Both the position numbers and the translations under genes were made by a program. A model generated the notes under the pieces. That model saw only the letters and a program-made list of their open reading frames with translations. It had not been told where the DNA came from and did not search any database. Shown here in pieces: positions 50,340 through 59,913 of a stretch of 64,000 nucleotides of DNA (position 1 is the stretch's first letter; every line of letters starts with the position of its first letter). The stretch is from Candidatus Heimdallarchaeota archaeon (lineage in GTDB: Archaea; Asgardarchaeota; Heimdallarchaeia; Heimdallarchaeales; Kariarchaeaceae). The stretch covers positions 422,473 to 486,472 of the forward strand of contig JASBSB010000007.1 in the NCBI GenBank assembly GCA_030149205.1, read 5' to 3'.

Positions 50340-51272
50340 ATGAGGGTTGTCAGAGCCTATGCACCTGCATCATTGGCAAACTTTGCTGTAGGCTTTGATA
50401 TCATTGGAGCAGCAATACAAGGCATGGGAGATGAGGTGACCTTAGAGAAGGCAGAAGATGGGGTAAAAATTACCTCAATTTCTGGAGATGCAACCATCCC
50501 CATGAATCCTGAGAAAAATACAGCAGGAAAGGCTTTACTTGAATTTATTGAGCTCAACAATTTAGAATATGGGTTTAATATGTCTATCAAGAAGGGAATT
50601 CCTTTGGCTTCTGGATTGGGTGGGAGTGCAGCCTCTGCAGTAGCTGCAACAATTGCAGCAGATAGACTTTCAGGATTGAAACTTTCAAAAGAAACCCTTT
50701 TAAGGATTTCACTCAGTGGTGAGCTAATTTCAAGTGGTTCTGTTCACACTGACAATGTGGCTCCTTCCCTTTATGGGGGAATCACAGTTAGTCTTAAAGA
50801 TAAAAATCAAAACTACATCATCCAGAAAATACCCAGCTTAACCTCGCTGAAAATGGTAATGATTCATCCTCATCTAGAAATCTCAACCAAGGAGGCACGA
50901 GATATTCTAAGACAGGATGTTCCTCTTAATCTTCATGTTCAACAATCCATGAATCTTGCTGCTTTTATTATCTCAGTCTATACTGCTCAGATAGATCTAT
51001 TAAAAAAGACCTTTGATGATTTGATAATTGAACCTCAGCGTGCCTCTCTAATTCCAGACTTTAGTCAAATTAAATCAGTTTGCCAAAACTCTGGTGCAAT
51101 AGGGTGCTCAATCTCTGGTGCTGGTCCAACAATGTTTGCTGTATGTGATAATGCTGAGGTAACCCAAAAGATTGAATCTTCTCTTAAAGAACTTAAGACC
51201 TCTGTGAAACTTGATGTATGGACAACAAATATAGATACAATAGGTGCAAGAATTTTGGAGGTTAAATCATGA
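50340..51272 (+). CDS. thrB: Homoserine kinase (GHMP kinase family)
   Basis: 'RAYAPASLANFAVGFD' N-terminus and GHMP ATP-binding motif 'PLASGLGGSAASAVAA'. Directly upstream of threonine synthase with a 4-nt overlap. Confidence 0.75.
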   Translation: MRVVRAYAPASLANFAVGFDIIGAAIQGMGDEVTLEKAEDGVKITSISGDATIPMNPEKNTAGKALLEFIELNNLEYGFNMSIKKGIPLASGLGGSAASAVAATIAADRLSGLKLSKETLLRISLSGELISSGSVHTDNVAPSLYGGITVSLKDKNQNYIIQKIPSLTSLKMVMIHPHLEISTKEARDILRQDVPLNLHVQQSMNLAAFIISVYTAQIDLLKKTFDDLIIEPQRASLIPDFSQIKSVCQNSGAIGCSISGAGPTMFAVCDNAEVTQKIESSLKELKTSVKLDVWTTNIDTIGARILEVKS

Positions 51273-52540
51273 AATTTAGGAGCACAAGAAGTAAATCTGA
51301 GGTTGTGAATCTCAGTGACGCAATAATCAAAGGCTTGGCATCTGATGGGGGATTATACGTTCCTGTAAATTTTCCCAAATTTAAAGTGGATGAGTTTATC
51401 CCACTTGATTCAAATGTCGAGATTGCATACAAGTTTTTACTGCCTTTTTTCAAAAATGATTTGCTCTCTGATAAGTTGAAAGAGATTTGTGAGAGCTCGT
51501 TTACTTTTCCTCTGCCCCTGAAGACACTAAATGAACGTCTCTCTGTTCTAGAACTATTTCATGGACCTACAGGTGCTTTCAAGGATGTTGGTGCAAGGTT
51601 TCTTGCTAACACACTAGAAAAGCTTCCTGGAAAGCGAACAATTTTGGTTGCAACTTCTGGAGATACGGGAAGTGCTGTCGCATCTGCGTTTTATAAACGA
51701 CAAAGGTCTCAAATTGGGATATTATATCCATCTGGGAAAATTTCAGAGTTTCAAGAAATGCAACTGACATGTTGGGATACAAACGTTATATCGTATAGAG
51801 TTGATGCAGATTTTGATTCTTGTCAATCATTGGTGAAACAGGCCTTTTCAGATGAGGGATTAAGACGGAACATGAACCTAAGCTCAGCTAACTCTATAAA
51901 CATTGGGAGGTTGTTGCCACAATGCGTTTATTATGTCAAAGCATCAGTAGAGCACTATGCTAAATATGGTAGGTATGCCAATTTTATCATCCCAACAGGT
52001 AACATGGGAAATGCTTTGGCTTGTATATGGGTTCGCAAGATGGGCTTTCCAATCAAAAAAATTATTCTGAGCTGTAATTCAAATCTTACAATTCCAGAAT
52101 ATTTTCAGACAAGGATATTTCATGGGAGACCATCAGTTAAGACTCTAGCTAATGCCATGGATGTTGGAAATCCAAGTAACATGGAGCGATTTCTTGATCT
52201 TGAAGAACAAAATCCTCAAAAAGATCTTTCTTCTATCAGTGTATCAGACACAGAGATCAAGACTGCAATTCTTGAATGCTATGAGAGGTTAGGCTACATA
52301 ATTTGTCCTCACACTGCAACAGCCTATCATGCTTTTAGAAACTCAGATATTGAAGAGGCTATCATAGTATCCACAGCAATGCCAGTTAAGTTTAAAGAAG
52401 TAATTGAACCTATTGTGAGAAAGTCAATTCCAATCCCAGTAAAGTTTAATGAGATGATGAACCGACCACGAAACTATGTTGAAATCCAACCACTCTATGA
52501 ACTGCTAAAAAAGTCAATTCTTGAGAAATTTTCAGTCTGA
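51269..52540 (+). CDS. thrC: Threonine synthase
   Basis: PLP-lysine motif 'FHGPTGAFKDVGARF', 'TSGDTGSA' glycine-rich loop; 423 aa. Confidence 0.8.
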   Translation: MKFRSTRSKSEVVNLSDAIIKGLASDGGLYVPVNFPKFKVDEFIPLDSNVEIAYKFLLPFFKNDLLSDKLKEICESSFTFPLPLKTLNERLSVLELFHGPTGAFKDVGARFLANTLEKLPGKRTILVATSGDTGSAVASAFYKRQRSQIGILYPSGKISEFQEMQLTCWDTNVISYRVDADFDSCQSLVKQAFSDEGLRRNMNLSSANSINIGRLLPQCVYYVKASVEHYAKYGRYANFIIPTGNMGNALACIWVRKMGFPIKKIILSCNSNLTIPEYFQTRIFHGRPSVKTLANAMDVGNPSNMERFLDLEEQNPQKDLSSISVSDTEIKTAILECYERLGYIICPHTATAYHAFRNSDIEEAIIVSTAMPVKFKEVIEPIVRKSIPIPVKFNEMMNRPRNYVEIQPLYELLKKSILEKFSV

Positions 52541-52870
52541 ATTTTTGAAGTTGAACATTTCTTCGATCGTAACATTAAATAATTTTGCAATTCTATAGGC
52601 TAAACCCAATGATGGGTTGTAGCTTCCCTTCTCAATCGCAGATATAGTCTGTCTGGTCACACCCAATGAGCTTGCAACCTCCTCCTGTGTAAGGCTCTTC
52701 TCAGCCCTAAATACACGTAATCTGCACTCCCAGGATACATTGTAATCTTCAACAGTTTTTTTACGACGCAAGGTTCCTACCTCATTGCCCCTTCTTCGTT
52801 TGTTGCCAAAATCAGATGCAAATAGACCAAGACAAGTACTGAAACAATCAGTGTTGCTCCCACTTCCCAA
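52532..52870 (-). CDS. XRE-family (Cro/C1-type) HTH transcriptional regulator
   Basis: 'LTQEEVASSLGVTRQTISAIEKGSYNPSLGLAYRIAKLFNVTIEEMF' is a canonical XRE HTH. The annotated N-terminal ~40 aa overlaps the upstream gene, so the true start is probably an internal GTG/TTG. Confidence 0.6.
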   Translation of the reverse strand: MGSGSNTDCFSTCLGLFASDFGNKRRRGNEVGTLRRKKTVEDYNVSWECRLRVFRAEKSLTQEEVASSLGVTRQTISAIEKGSYNPSLGLAYRIAKLFNVTIEEMFNFKNSD

Positions 52871-53232
52871 AAATTCAGTGAAAACACATCACTGATTATC
52901 AGAAGGAGAATCCCGAGAGTTGATGCAATTATCACAAAAAGATTTATTGTTGATCTTGCACTGGCATCCAGAGCAGTGTCTGTTCTTTCATCTTTATTCC
53001 AAATCCTGTGAACACCAATAATTCCAACAATAGCCAGGGTTAGCATTGCATACAGGATCAATGAATACTTCTGGGTTACGCTGTAAATTATAAGAAGGGA
53101 GTCTACAATCAGAGTCACAAGGAAGAGCAAAATGTAGAATATTTTCTTGCGTTTGATTTCCACAACTCTTGATATAATACCTAAATAAGAACACTCGTCT
53201 TTGAATTCTGAATGAATGTGAAGGAATGTCAA
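52777..53232 (-). CDS. Small membrane protein (4 TM), likely co-transcribed with the XRE regulator
   Basis: Hydrophobic helices. The pairing resembles the common 'HTH regulator + small membrane protein' cassettes. Confidence 0.4.
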   Translation of the reverse strand: MTFLHIHSEFKDECSYLGIISRVVEIKRKKIFYILLFLVTLIVDSLLIIYSVTQKYSLILYAMLTLAIVGIIGVHRIWNKDERTDTALDASARSTINLFVIIASTLGILLLIISDVFSLNFWEVGATLIVSVLVLVYLHLILATNEEGAMR

Positions 53233-53347
53233 ATTTATATTACATGGTTCGAAATTATAATCCAGAGATAAAGATTCACCACAAATTATGTCAATTAAAG
53301 TTTACTGTAAGTTAAGTTTAAATTACATTATGTAATATAAACTTACC

Positions 53348-53797
53348 ATGAAATTCGTTGATTATCATAAACAGTTTCTGATCCTTGGATTTATCATCAT
53401 GATTCTTGGAGATCTACTATATTTCGGGGTCTATCTGTTCCCTGAATTTATGCTCTCGCTTTTTGCCACACTTTCTTCTACTCTCACAATCGGAGACATG
53501 ACTGGTCATTTGAAGACAGTCTCATTATTCTACCTTGCTACTCTTGGAACACTAATGTATTTGGTAAGTTTTCTCCTTTTAGCTTTTGTACCACGAGATG
53601 GGAAAAAACAGAGATACATAATATTGGCAGGGATTTCTGTTTGGTTTCTCACTGACAGTATTGCTTCCTACATCTTTAGTTTTGAGTTAAATATTCTATC
53701 TAATGTTCTTTTTCTCCTCATAGGATTTATTTTTGTGTATTTACCAATATTTACAAAGGTTGAACGTTCCGAAAAACAACCCTCATTAATGTCTTGA
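53348..53797 (+). CDS. Small polytopic membrane protein (hypothetical)
   Basis: Four predicted TM helices; 4-nt overlap with the downstream dehydrogenase gene. Confidence 0.4.
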   Translation: MKFVDYHKQFLILGFIIMILGDLLYFGVYLFPEFMLSLFATLSSTLTIGDMTGHLKTVSLFYLATLGTLMYLVSFLLLAFVPRDGKKQRYIILAGISVWFLTDSIASYIFSFELNILSNVLFLLIGFIFVYLPIFTKVERSEKQPSLMS

Positions 53798-54948
53798 ATC
53801 TAAACAAAGACGTGGCAAGAAAAAATGTGACAGCAATTGCTGTTATTATATTGCTTATCTCAACTATATTTTTAGGGATGTATTTTTTTACTCTAAACAT
53901 TTCCAACCAATCAAGAGTTGGGCATTTTAGGCTAGATTCAGCCCTAAACAGTGCACGGTTTCAAAGTCCTGTAGGTATATTCTTTGAACCAAGCACTCCA
54001 GACATCTATTATATTTTGGAACAAGCTGGGAGAGTCATCTCCTTCAATAATAAAACTTTAGAACAGAAGGTGTTCCTAGATATCCGAGACAAGGTAACCT
54101 CGGGTGGTGAAACTGGGCTACTTGGTCTTGCATTTCACCCAGATTATAAATCCAATGGGAGGCTATTTCTAGATTATACAGCCTCTAATCCCCTGCGAAC
54201 AAAGGTGGTTGAATACGACATGAATTCTGCTCAACCTAAAGAGAAAGTGATTTTGGAGGTTAATCAGCCATATTCAAACCATAATGGTGGGGCTATCGTC
54301 TTTGGTCCAGATGGATATTTGTATATCAGTCTAGGTGATGGAGGGTCTGGAGGAGACCCGCATAATAATGCACAGAACCTAAAGGTTTTGTTAGGAAAGA
54401 TCTTACGAATTAACGTAGATGCAGGGACTCCTTACACCATTCCTAATGATAATCCATTTTATGGTAACAAAGATGGCTATCGTGAGGAAATTTTCGCATA
54501 CGGTCTTAGAAATGTATGGAAGTTCACATTTGATGGTTCTGTTATTTGGGCTGGTGATGTAGGACAGGGAAAGTATGAGGAAGTGGATATCATCACTGCT
54601 GGAGGGAATTATGGATGGAACATCATGGAGGGAAACCATTGCTTTTTGGCTTCCAGTTGCAATCAAACTGGCTTAATTCCTCCAGTTGCAGAATATAACC
54701 ATGATCATGGGCAGTCGATTACTGGCGGTTACGTGTATAGGGGAAAGATAAGTGAAATTAATGGTCAATATATCTACGCAGACTATGTCACTGGTAAAAT
54801 CTGGGGTCTCCAAAAACATCAAAATTCAACATACTCAAGCAGCCTTCTTTTTGATAGTCCCTTTCTTGTATCATCATTTGGCTTAACCCCAGCAGGAGAG
54901 TTGTTGGTCGTTGATCATCAGGGCTTTATTTATATTATGAAAAAATAA
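53794..54948 (+). CDS. PQQ-dependent soluble sugar (glucose/sorbosone) dehydrogenase-like beta-propeller, membrane-anchored/secreted
   Basis: 'ETGLLGLAFHPDY', 'HNGGAIVFGPDGYLYISLGDGGSGGDP', 'NPFYGN...EIFAYGLRNVWKFTFD' match SGDH/YliI-family signatures. N-terminal TM/signal. Confidence 0.75.
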   Translation: MNLNKDVARKNVTAIAVIILLISTIFLGMYFFTLNISNQSRVGHFRLDSALNSARFQSPVGIFFEPSTPDIYYILEQAGRVISFNNKTLEQKVFLDIRDKVTSGGETGLLGLAFHPDYKSNGRLFLDYTASNPLRTKVVEYDMNSAQPKEKVILEVNQPYSNHNGGAIVFGPDGYLYISLGDGGSGGDPHNNAQNLKVLLGKILRINVDAGTPYTIPNDNPFYGNKDGYREEIFAYGLRNVWKFTFDGSVIWAGDVGQGKYEEVDIITAGGNYGWNIMEGNHCFLASSCNQTGLIPPVAEYNHDHGQSITGGYVYRGKISEINGQYIYADYVTGKIWGLQKHQNSTYSSSLLFDSPFLVSSFGLTPAGELLVVDHQGFIYIMKK

Positions 54949-54954
54949 TGTCTA

Positions 54955-55692
54955 TTATTCAGATAATAATTTTATGACATGAATGAAATCTGGGGATGGT
55001 AATGCAACAAAGTTTGGGTCTTCGTAAGGGAAGGTCTTAAAAGTGCTGGGGAAGCCGATAACCTTGGTTCCGGCATTCAATGCACTTTGAACTCCTGGAA
55101 AAGAGTCTTCAATAACTAGACATGTATCAGCTCTTACACCAAGTCTCTGAACTGCCAGTTTATAGATGTCTGGATGGGGCTTACCGACCTCCACCTCAGT
55201 CCCAGATGTTATCTGACTTTGATTGAAAAATTTAGAAATCTTTACACTTTCTAAGGAAAAGTTGATCTTTTCTATCGAGCCTGATGAACAGATGGCAAGT
55301 TTTACACCCTCCTTCTTCAGGAAATTCAATAATTCTAGTAAGTGTGGAAACGTTGTTAATTTCGCCTCAGCCAATACGAAGTACCTTTTCGCCTTTTTCT
55401 GATGAAATTCTTCCAGATTTTGAATGTCTTTTCTTAAGACTCCCTTTTCTCGAAAATGAGTAAGTGTGTCTTTAATTGACATTCCAATCACATCATCATA
55501 ATCTTCACCAATATCCTCACCTGTTTCTTCAATTATGGTCTCCCTTAATGCCATACAAGAATATATCTCACTATCAACGAGAACCCCATCACAATCAAAG
55601 ATAACAGCTTTAATATCTTTGAGACCATTTACCGTCTCAAAATTACCCATGTATCTTACTTTAGGGTTTTGTTTAATGTTTTTTGGTTGCAC
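54955..55692 (-). CDS. HAD-superfamily hydrolase (beta-phosphoglucomutase-like subfamily IA)
   Basis: Motif I 'VIFDCDGVLVDSE', motif II 'ICSSGS', motif III/IV 'K...EDSFPGVQSALNAG'. Confidence 0.75.
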   Translation of the reverse strand: MQPKNIKQNPKVRYMGNFETVNGLKDIKAVIFDCDGVLVDSEIYSCMALRETIIEETGEDIGEDYDDVIGMSIKDTLTHFREKGVLRKDIQNLEEFHQKKAKRYFVLAEAKLTTFPHLLELLNFLKKEGVKLAICSSGSIEKINFSLESVKISKFFNQSQITSGTEVEVGKPHPDIYKLAVQRLGVRADTCLVIEDSFPGVQSALNAGTKVIGFPSTFKTFPYEDPNFVALPSPDFIHVIKLLSE

Positions 55693-55995
55693 ATCAAAAC
55701 GGTGTGGATTATAGGGAAGAAATAATTTAATCGACTCAATTAAGTGTTAAGTGGATTTTCTGCAATGCTGAAACTTTAAAAAAAGAATGAATTTATTTCG
55801 ATAAATAGACTATTGACTAAAATAATATGTGAACATAAGGTTAATATGTTTGCACTAAATAATCATTTTTCCCAAAAAATGCCATATTATTTGGATTATT
55901 GCCCTCAATCAATGATAATCTTTTAATACCTTGAAAGCTATACTTAATATAGTTGTGTGGATTGCTTCAATTTGTGTTTTAGCATCACACAATAG

Positions 55996-56238
55996 GTGTC
56001 AAAAATGGTTACTGCTGATCAAGAAATAGATACTAGTGGAATGAACTGTCCAATGCCTGTGCTTAAGAGTAAAAAGGCATTGAAGAAATTAGAGGTTGGT
56101 CAGATTCTCAAGATCATCTCTACAGATGTTGGAAGTATGAAAGATATCCCTTCATGGGCAAATACAACCGGTCAAGAGATTCTAGAATCCACAGAAGAAG
56201 GTGGAAAATATGTCTTCTTTGTTAAGAGGAGGAAATGA
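55996..56238 (+). CDS. tusA: TusA-like sulfurtransferase / sulfur-carrier protein
   Basis: 'DTSGMNCPMPVLKSKKAL' CPxP motif and two-layer sandwich length. Track start is GTG at 55996; ATG at 56005 is an alternative. Confidence 0.75.
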   Translation: MSKMVTADQEIDTSGMNCPMPVLKSKKALKKLEVGQILKIISTDVGSMKDIPSWANTTGQEILESTEEGGKYVFFVKRRK

Positions 56239-56717
56239 ATATGAGTGAGGATCGACCTAAAAGGGTGGCAATTATTGCAGCTCATGGGACATTAGATGCT
56301 GCTTACCCTCCTCTCATAATAGCTTCAACTGCAGCTGCATTAGATATGGAGGTGGCAATCTTCTTCACCTTCTATGGCCTGGATATAATCAACAAGAAGA
56401 AATTAAATAACCTGAAGGTTCCTTCAGTGGGAAATCCAGCAATGCCAGTTCCAGTTCCAAATGTTGTGGGAATGCTCCCAGGGATGACTAGCATGGCAAC
56501 TGGAATGATGAAAGGCAAGATGAAAAAGGCGAACGTGGCAACTATTCCTGAACTTCTTGAAATCTGTGAAGAGGCAGAAGTTAGGCTTATTGCCTGTCAA
56601 ATGACGTTAGATGTGCTTGGAATAAAAAATGAGGATATCATGGATGGTGTTGAATTTGCTGGGGCATCTACATTCCTCGAATTTGCCAAAGATGCAGACA
56701 TTACATTGACTTTTTAG
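56235..56717 (+). CDS. DsrE/DsrF-family protein (sulfur relay)
   Basis: 'RVAIIAAHGTLDAAYPPLIIASTAAALDMEVAIFFTFYGLDII' DsrE-fold N-terminus; 4-nt overlap with tusA. Confidence 0.65.
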   Translation: MNMSEDRPKRVAIIAAHGTLDAAYPPLIIASTAAALDMEVAIFFTFYGLDIINKKKLNNLKVPSVGNPAMPVPVPNVVGMLPGMTSMATGMMKGKMKKANVATIPELLEICEEAEVRLIACQMTLDVLGIKNEDIMDGVEFAGASTFLEFAKDADITLTF

Positions 56718-56727
56718 GAGAACTAAT

Positions 56728-57141
56728 ATGACAACCATGTTGATATTACTAAAGAATGGAGATTATAACAGCCTAATGACGGCAGCAATGATTGCTTCTG
56801 GGGCTGTTGTGTCTGATATTGAAGTCAAGATTTTTGCTATGGAAGGTGCTGTCTTTGCCCTTAAAAAAGATGTATATAAGACAATAACTGGGTTTGATTC
56901 ACCCTTTCCTGAGTACAACGAGAAGATGTCCAAGGCAAGAGATGAGGGGAAGTTACAGCCTTGGTATGACCTGATCAATGATTTAAAGGATTTAGGTGAG
57001 TTAACATTTACTGTCTGTGCTCTTGTCACTGATCTTCTTGAATTAGAACTAGAGGATTTTGCTGATGTGGTGGATGATATCACTGGCGTAGCCAGTTACG
57101 CAGCAGATGCTGCAGAGGCAGACATATTTTTAACAGTTTAA
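56728..57141 (+). CDS. DsrE/DsrF/DsrH-like protein (second paralog)
   Basis: 'MLILLKNGDYNSLMTAAMIASGAV...' DsrE-like topology; 137 aa. Confidence 0.5.
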   Translation: MTTMLILLKNGDYNSLMTAAMIASGAVVSDIEVKIFAMEGAVFALKKDVYKTITGFDSPFPEYNEKMSKARDEGKLQPWYDLINDLKDLGELTFTVCALVTDLLELELEDFADVVDDITGVASYAADAAEADIFLTV

Positions 57142-57153
57142 GGTGGAAACAAA

Positions 57154-57417
57154 ATGAGTTATACAGTCACGAAGAAAGTTGATGCAGTTGGTAGTTTCTG
57201 TCCGGGTCCACTAATGGAGCTAGTCAGAGGTATTAAAGAGGTAGAGGTAGGAGAGATTGTTGAATTGCTCTCCTCAGATAAGGGTTCAGCAGCAGAAGTA
57301 CAGAAATGGTGCGAGAAGTCTGGAAATGAGCTCTTAGAGATCAAACAATATGATGGGGACACACAGGGATTTGTAATAAAGAAAGGTGAACGTAAGAGGA
57401 GGAGAAGACGTGAGTAA
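57154..57417 (+). CDS. TusA-like protein (second copy)
   Basis: 'VGSFCPGPLMELVRGIKEVEVGEIV' CPxP-type motif; basic C-terminal tail. Confidence 0.7.
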   Translation: MSYTVTKKVDAVGSFCPGPLMELVRGIKEVEVGEIVELLSSDKGSAAEVQKWCEKSGNELLEIKQYDGDTQGFVIKKGERKRRRRRE

Positions 57418-58561
57418 TAACACAGTAAATGTGGTTATCCTTGGTGCCGGGACTGGAGGAACCATCGTGGCCAATAAGCTGAACAAGAAACTAAAGAAAA
57501 CAAAAAAGCCATTTCAGTTAACAGTCATAGATCCATCATTTAAGCACGTTTATCAACCTGGATTCCTCTTTACTATGTTTAAGAAAGATAAAACTCACAG
57601 TATCGTCAAGGATGGGAAAAAACTTCTTCCAAAGAACACAAACATGATTGAAGAGAAGGTCAAAAAGGTAGAGACAAAGGATAAGGTTGTTATTACAGAA
57701 AGTGGAACAAAGGTTCCTTACGATTATTTAGTCATTGCAACCGGTGCTAAACTCTCACCAGAAAAGGTGGATTGGTGGGATGACAGTCTCTATCATTATT
57801 ACTCTCCCGAGGCAGCAGATCGTCTTTCAGAAAAAATTGAGAATTTCAGAGAAGGAAAGATAATCATCGCCATCGGTGAAATTCCATATAAGTGTCCTCC
57901 TGCCCCAATTGAAGGTGCATTGTTGTTAGATGATTATTTCAAAAAGAAAGGGATCAGAGACAAGGTGGAGATACAGTACTGCTCTCCCTTGGATCGAGCC
58001 TTCAGTATTAAAACCGTGAATGAGGTTATTGAACCAATCATGAATGAAAAAGGAATTGAAGTTGAAACCTTTTTCAATGTTGATGATGTGGATACAGAAG
58101 AGAAGGTTTTGTACAGCCTTGAAGGGTCGGACTTAGATTATGATCTTCTAATCATGATCCCCCCACACACGGGACAACCTTTCTTACATGAGTCAGGTAT
58201 TGCCGGGAAATCTGGATGGGTACCGACTGATAGAGAGACATTAAGAGTGCAGGATCAGGAAAACATGTACGCTTTAGGAGACACAACAGATATACCCACC
58301 TCCAAGGCAGGATCAACAGCACACTATGAAGCACCAATCATTGCAGAGAACATCTACAAAGATATTATCGGCGACACAAACCTTACTAAATATGATGGGC
58401 ATGTTCAATGTTTCTTCCTAACAGAATTTGGAAAATCATTATTCATTGATTTTAACTTTGAACATCCTCCCAAACCAGGAAAACCCTCAAGGTTCTGGTG
58501 GTGGTTTAAGCTTTTCTTTAAACCCTTTTATTTCAGAGCAGTTGCCAAGGGATTGGTTTAA
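57386..58561 (+). CDS. FAD-dependent pyridine-nucleotide-disulfide oxidoreductase, sulfide:quinone oxidoreductase (SQR)-like
   Basis: FAD-binding 'VVILGAGTGGTIVANKL', Cys motif 'YKCPPAPIEGALL' in the position of the SQR redox cysteine, second Rossmann 'LVIATGA'. Overlaps the upstream tusA-like gene by 32 nt. Confidence 0.6.
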   Translation: MNVRGGEDVSNNTVNVVILGAGTGGTIVANKLNKKLKKTKKPFQLTVIDPSFKHVYQPGFLFTMFKKDKTHSIVKDGKKLLPKNTNMIEEKVKKVETKDKVVITESGTKVPYDYLVIATGAKLSPEKVDWWDDSLYHYYSPEAADRLSEKIENFREGKIIIAIGEIPYKCPPAPIEGALLLDDYFKKKGIRDKVEIQYCSPLDRAFSIKTVNEVIEPIMNEKGIEVETFFNVDDVDTEEKVLYSLEGSDLDYDLLIMIPPHTGQPFLHESGIAGKSGWVPTDRETLRVQDQENMYALGDTTDIPTSKAGSTAHYEAPIIAENIYKDIIGDTNLTKYDGHVQCFFLTEFGKSLFIDFNFEHPPKPGKPSRFWWWFKLFFKPFYFRAVAKGLV

Positions 58562-58625
58562 CTTCAATGTATCAAAATTAATTTAAGAAAAACACAAAAT
58601 TAAATTAAAAATCAAAATTTAACCA

Positions 58626-59396
58626 TTAAAATTCTAATGTTATACTTATTGGGCAGTGATCGCTTCCCATCACAGAAGAATGAATTTCTGCGGCTTTTAA
58701 ATGTGGAAGAAGGTCCTTATCTACAAAGAAATAGTCTATTCTCCACCCTACATTTCTCTCTCTTGCCCCAGATCTTACTGACCACCATGTGTATAATTCA
58801 GGTTCTTCGGTAAAATTTCTTAAACTGTCTACCCACCCTTCTGAAATCAAATTATCTATCCACTCTCTTTCTTGAGGAAGAAATCCAGAGTATTTGGAAT
58901 TTGGCTTTGGATTGGCCAGGTCTTTCTCTTTATGCGCTGTGTTAACATCACCACAAACTATGGTTTTTTCACCAGCTTTTCTGAGTCTCTTAAGAAGATC
59001 TAAGGTGTGTTGGTAGAAATCCATCTTAAATTGGAGTCTCTCATCGTCTTTCTTTCCATTTGGGAAGTACACATTAATAAGAGTAAACTCTTCATATTTT
59101 GTGATGATGACTCTTCCTTCCTTCTCATATTCTTTAACGCCTATCCCAAATTTCACCTCCTTTGGTTTGATTTTTGAGTATGTCAAAACTCCTGAGTATC
59201 CTTTCTTCTCTGCAGCATTATGTATGAGCTCATACCCTTCAAATTTTATATTCTTGGGAATTTGTTCATCTTGCGCTTTTGTCTCTTGAAGACAAAGGAT
59301 GTCTGGTTTGGTTGATTCAAACCAATCTGAGAACCCCTTCTTTGCAACTGCTCTAATCCCATTAACATTCCATGAGAATATCTTATAAGTCGACAT
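58626..59396 (-). CDS. xth: Exodeoxyribonuclease III (Xth) / AP endonuclease
   Basis: 'KIFSWNVNGIRA', 'DILCLQETK', 'GDVNTAHKEKD', 'SDHCPISITL' ExoIII-family catalytic motifs. Confidence 0.85.
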   Translation of the reverse strand: MSTYKIFSWNVNGIRAVAKKGFSDWFESTKPDILCLQETKAQDEQIPKNIKFEGYELIHNAAEKKGYSGVLTYSKIKPKEVKFGIGVKEYEKEGRVIITKYEEFTLINVYFPNGKKDDERLQFKMDFYQHTLDLLKRLRKAGEKTIVCGDVNTAHKEKDLANPKPNSKYSGFLPQEREWIDNLISEGWVDSLRNFTEEPELYTWWSVRSGARERNVGWRIDYFFVDKDLLPHLKAAEIHSSVMGSDHCPISITLEF

Positions 59397-59524
59397 GAAA
59401 GAGAGTTTGTAGTCAGTTTATAGACTTTGAGGAACTATTAGATAAAATTGTTAACTACAAATTTGAATAGTATACCACCACATATGTTAGCAAGATTGAA
59501 ATAACGTACTGTGAAAGAATTCTT

Positions 59525-59803
59525 ATGGAGGCATTTGTCTATATCCTGGAATGCCAGGATAACAGCTTCTATACTGGATACACAACGAACCTTCGGAGGA
59601 GAATCCTTCAGCACACTAAAGGAGTTGGTAGTAAATATGTAAGATCAAGGGGGTTTAAACGGCTCCTGTATTGTGAGATGCTTCTATCCAAAAGTATGGC
59701 AATGAAGCGAGAAAAACAGATAAAATCTTTCTCAAGATTGAGAAAATCTCAGCTAATCAGTTCATCACAAAACTTTATTGACACAATAAATATAGGAAAA
59801 TAA
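59525..59803 (+). CDS. GIY-YIG nuclease-domain protein (UPF0213-like)
   Basis: 'FVYILECQDNSFYTGYTTNLRRRILQH' with GIY/YIG and the Arg-containing helix; 92 aa. Confidence 0.7.
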   Translation: MEAFVYILECQDNSFYTGYTTNLRRRILQHTKGVGSKYVRSRGFKRLLYCEMLLSKSMAMKREKQIKSFSRLRKSQLISSSQNFIDTINIGK

Positions 59804-59804
59804 C

Positions 59805-59821
59805 TTTTTTTTTTTTTTTTT
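59805..59821 (+). terminator. Oligo-T tract (17 consecutive T), intrinsic archaeal termination signal immediately after the GIY-YIG gene
   Basis: T17 read directly 1 nt after the TAA stop at 59801-59803. Oligo-T tracts are the established archaeal RNAP termination signal. Confidence 0.4.
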
Positions 59822-59913
59822 AGAAAGGCTACAAACTATGATCTTAAACTGAGGAAACATCAATCAATTTTTTTTGTTAATTTTCAGTTTCTCGACTCTC
59901 AAAGGTTAAATAT

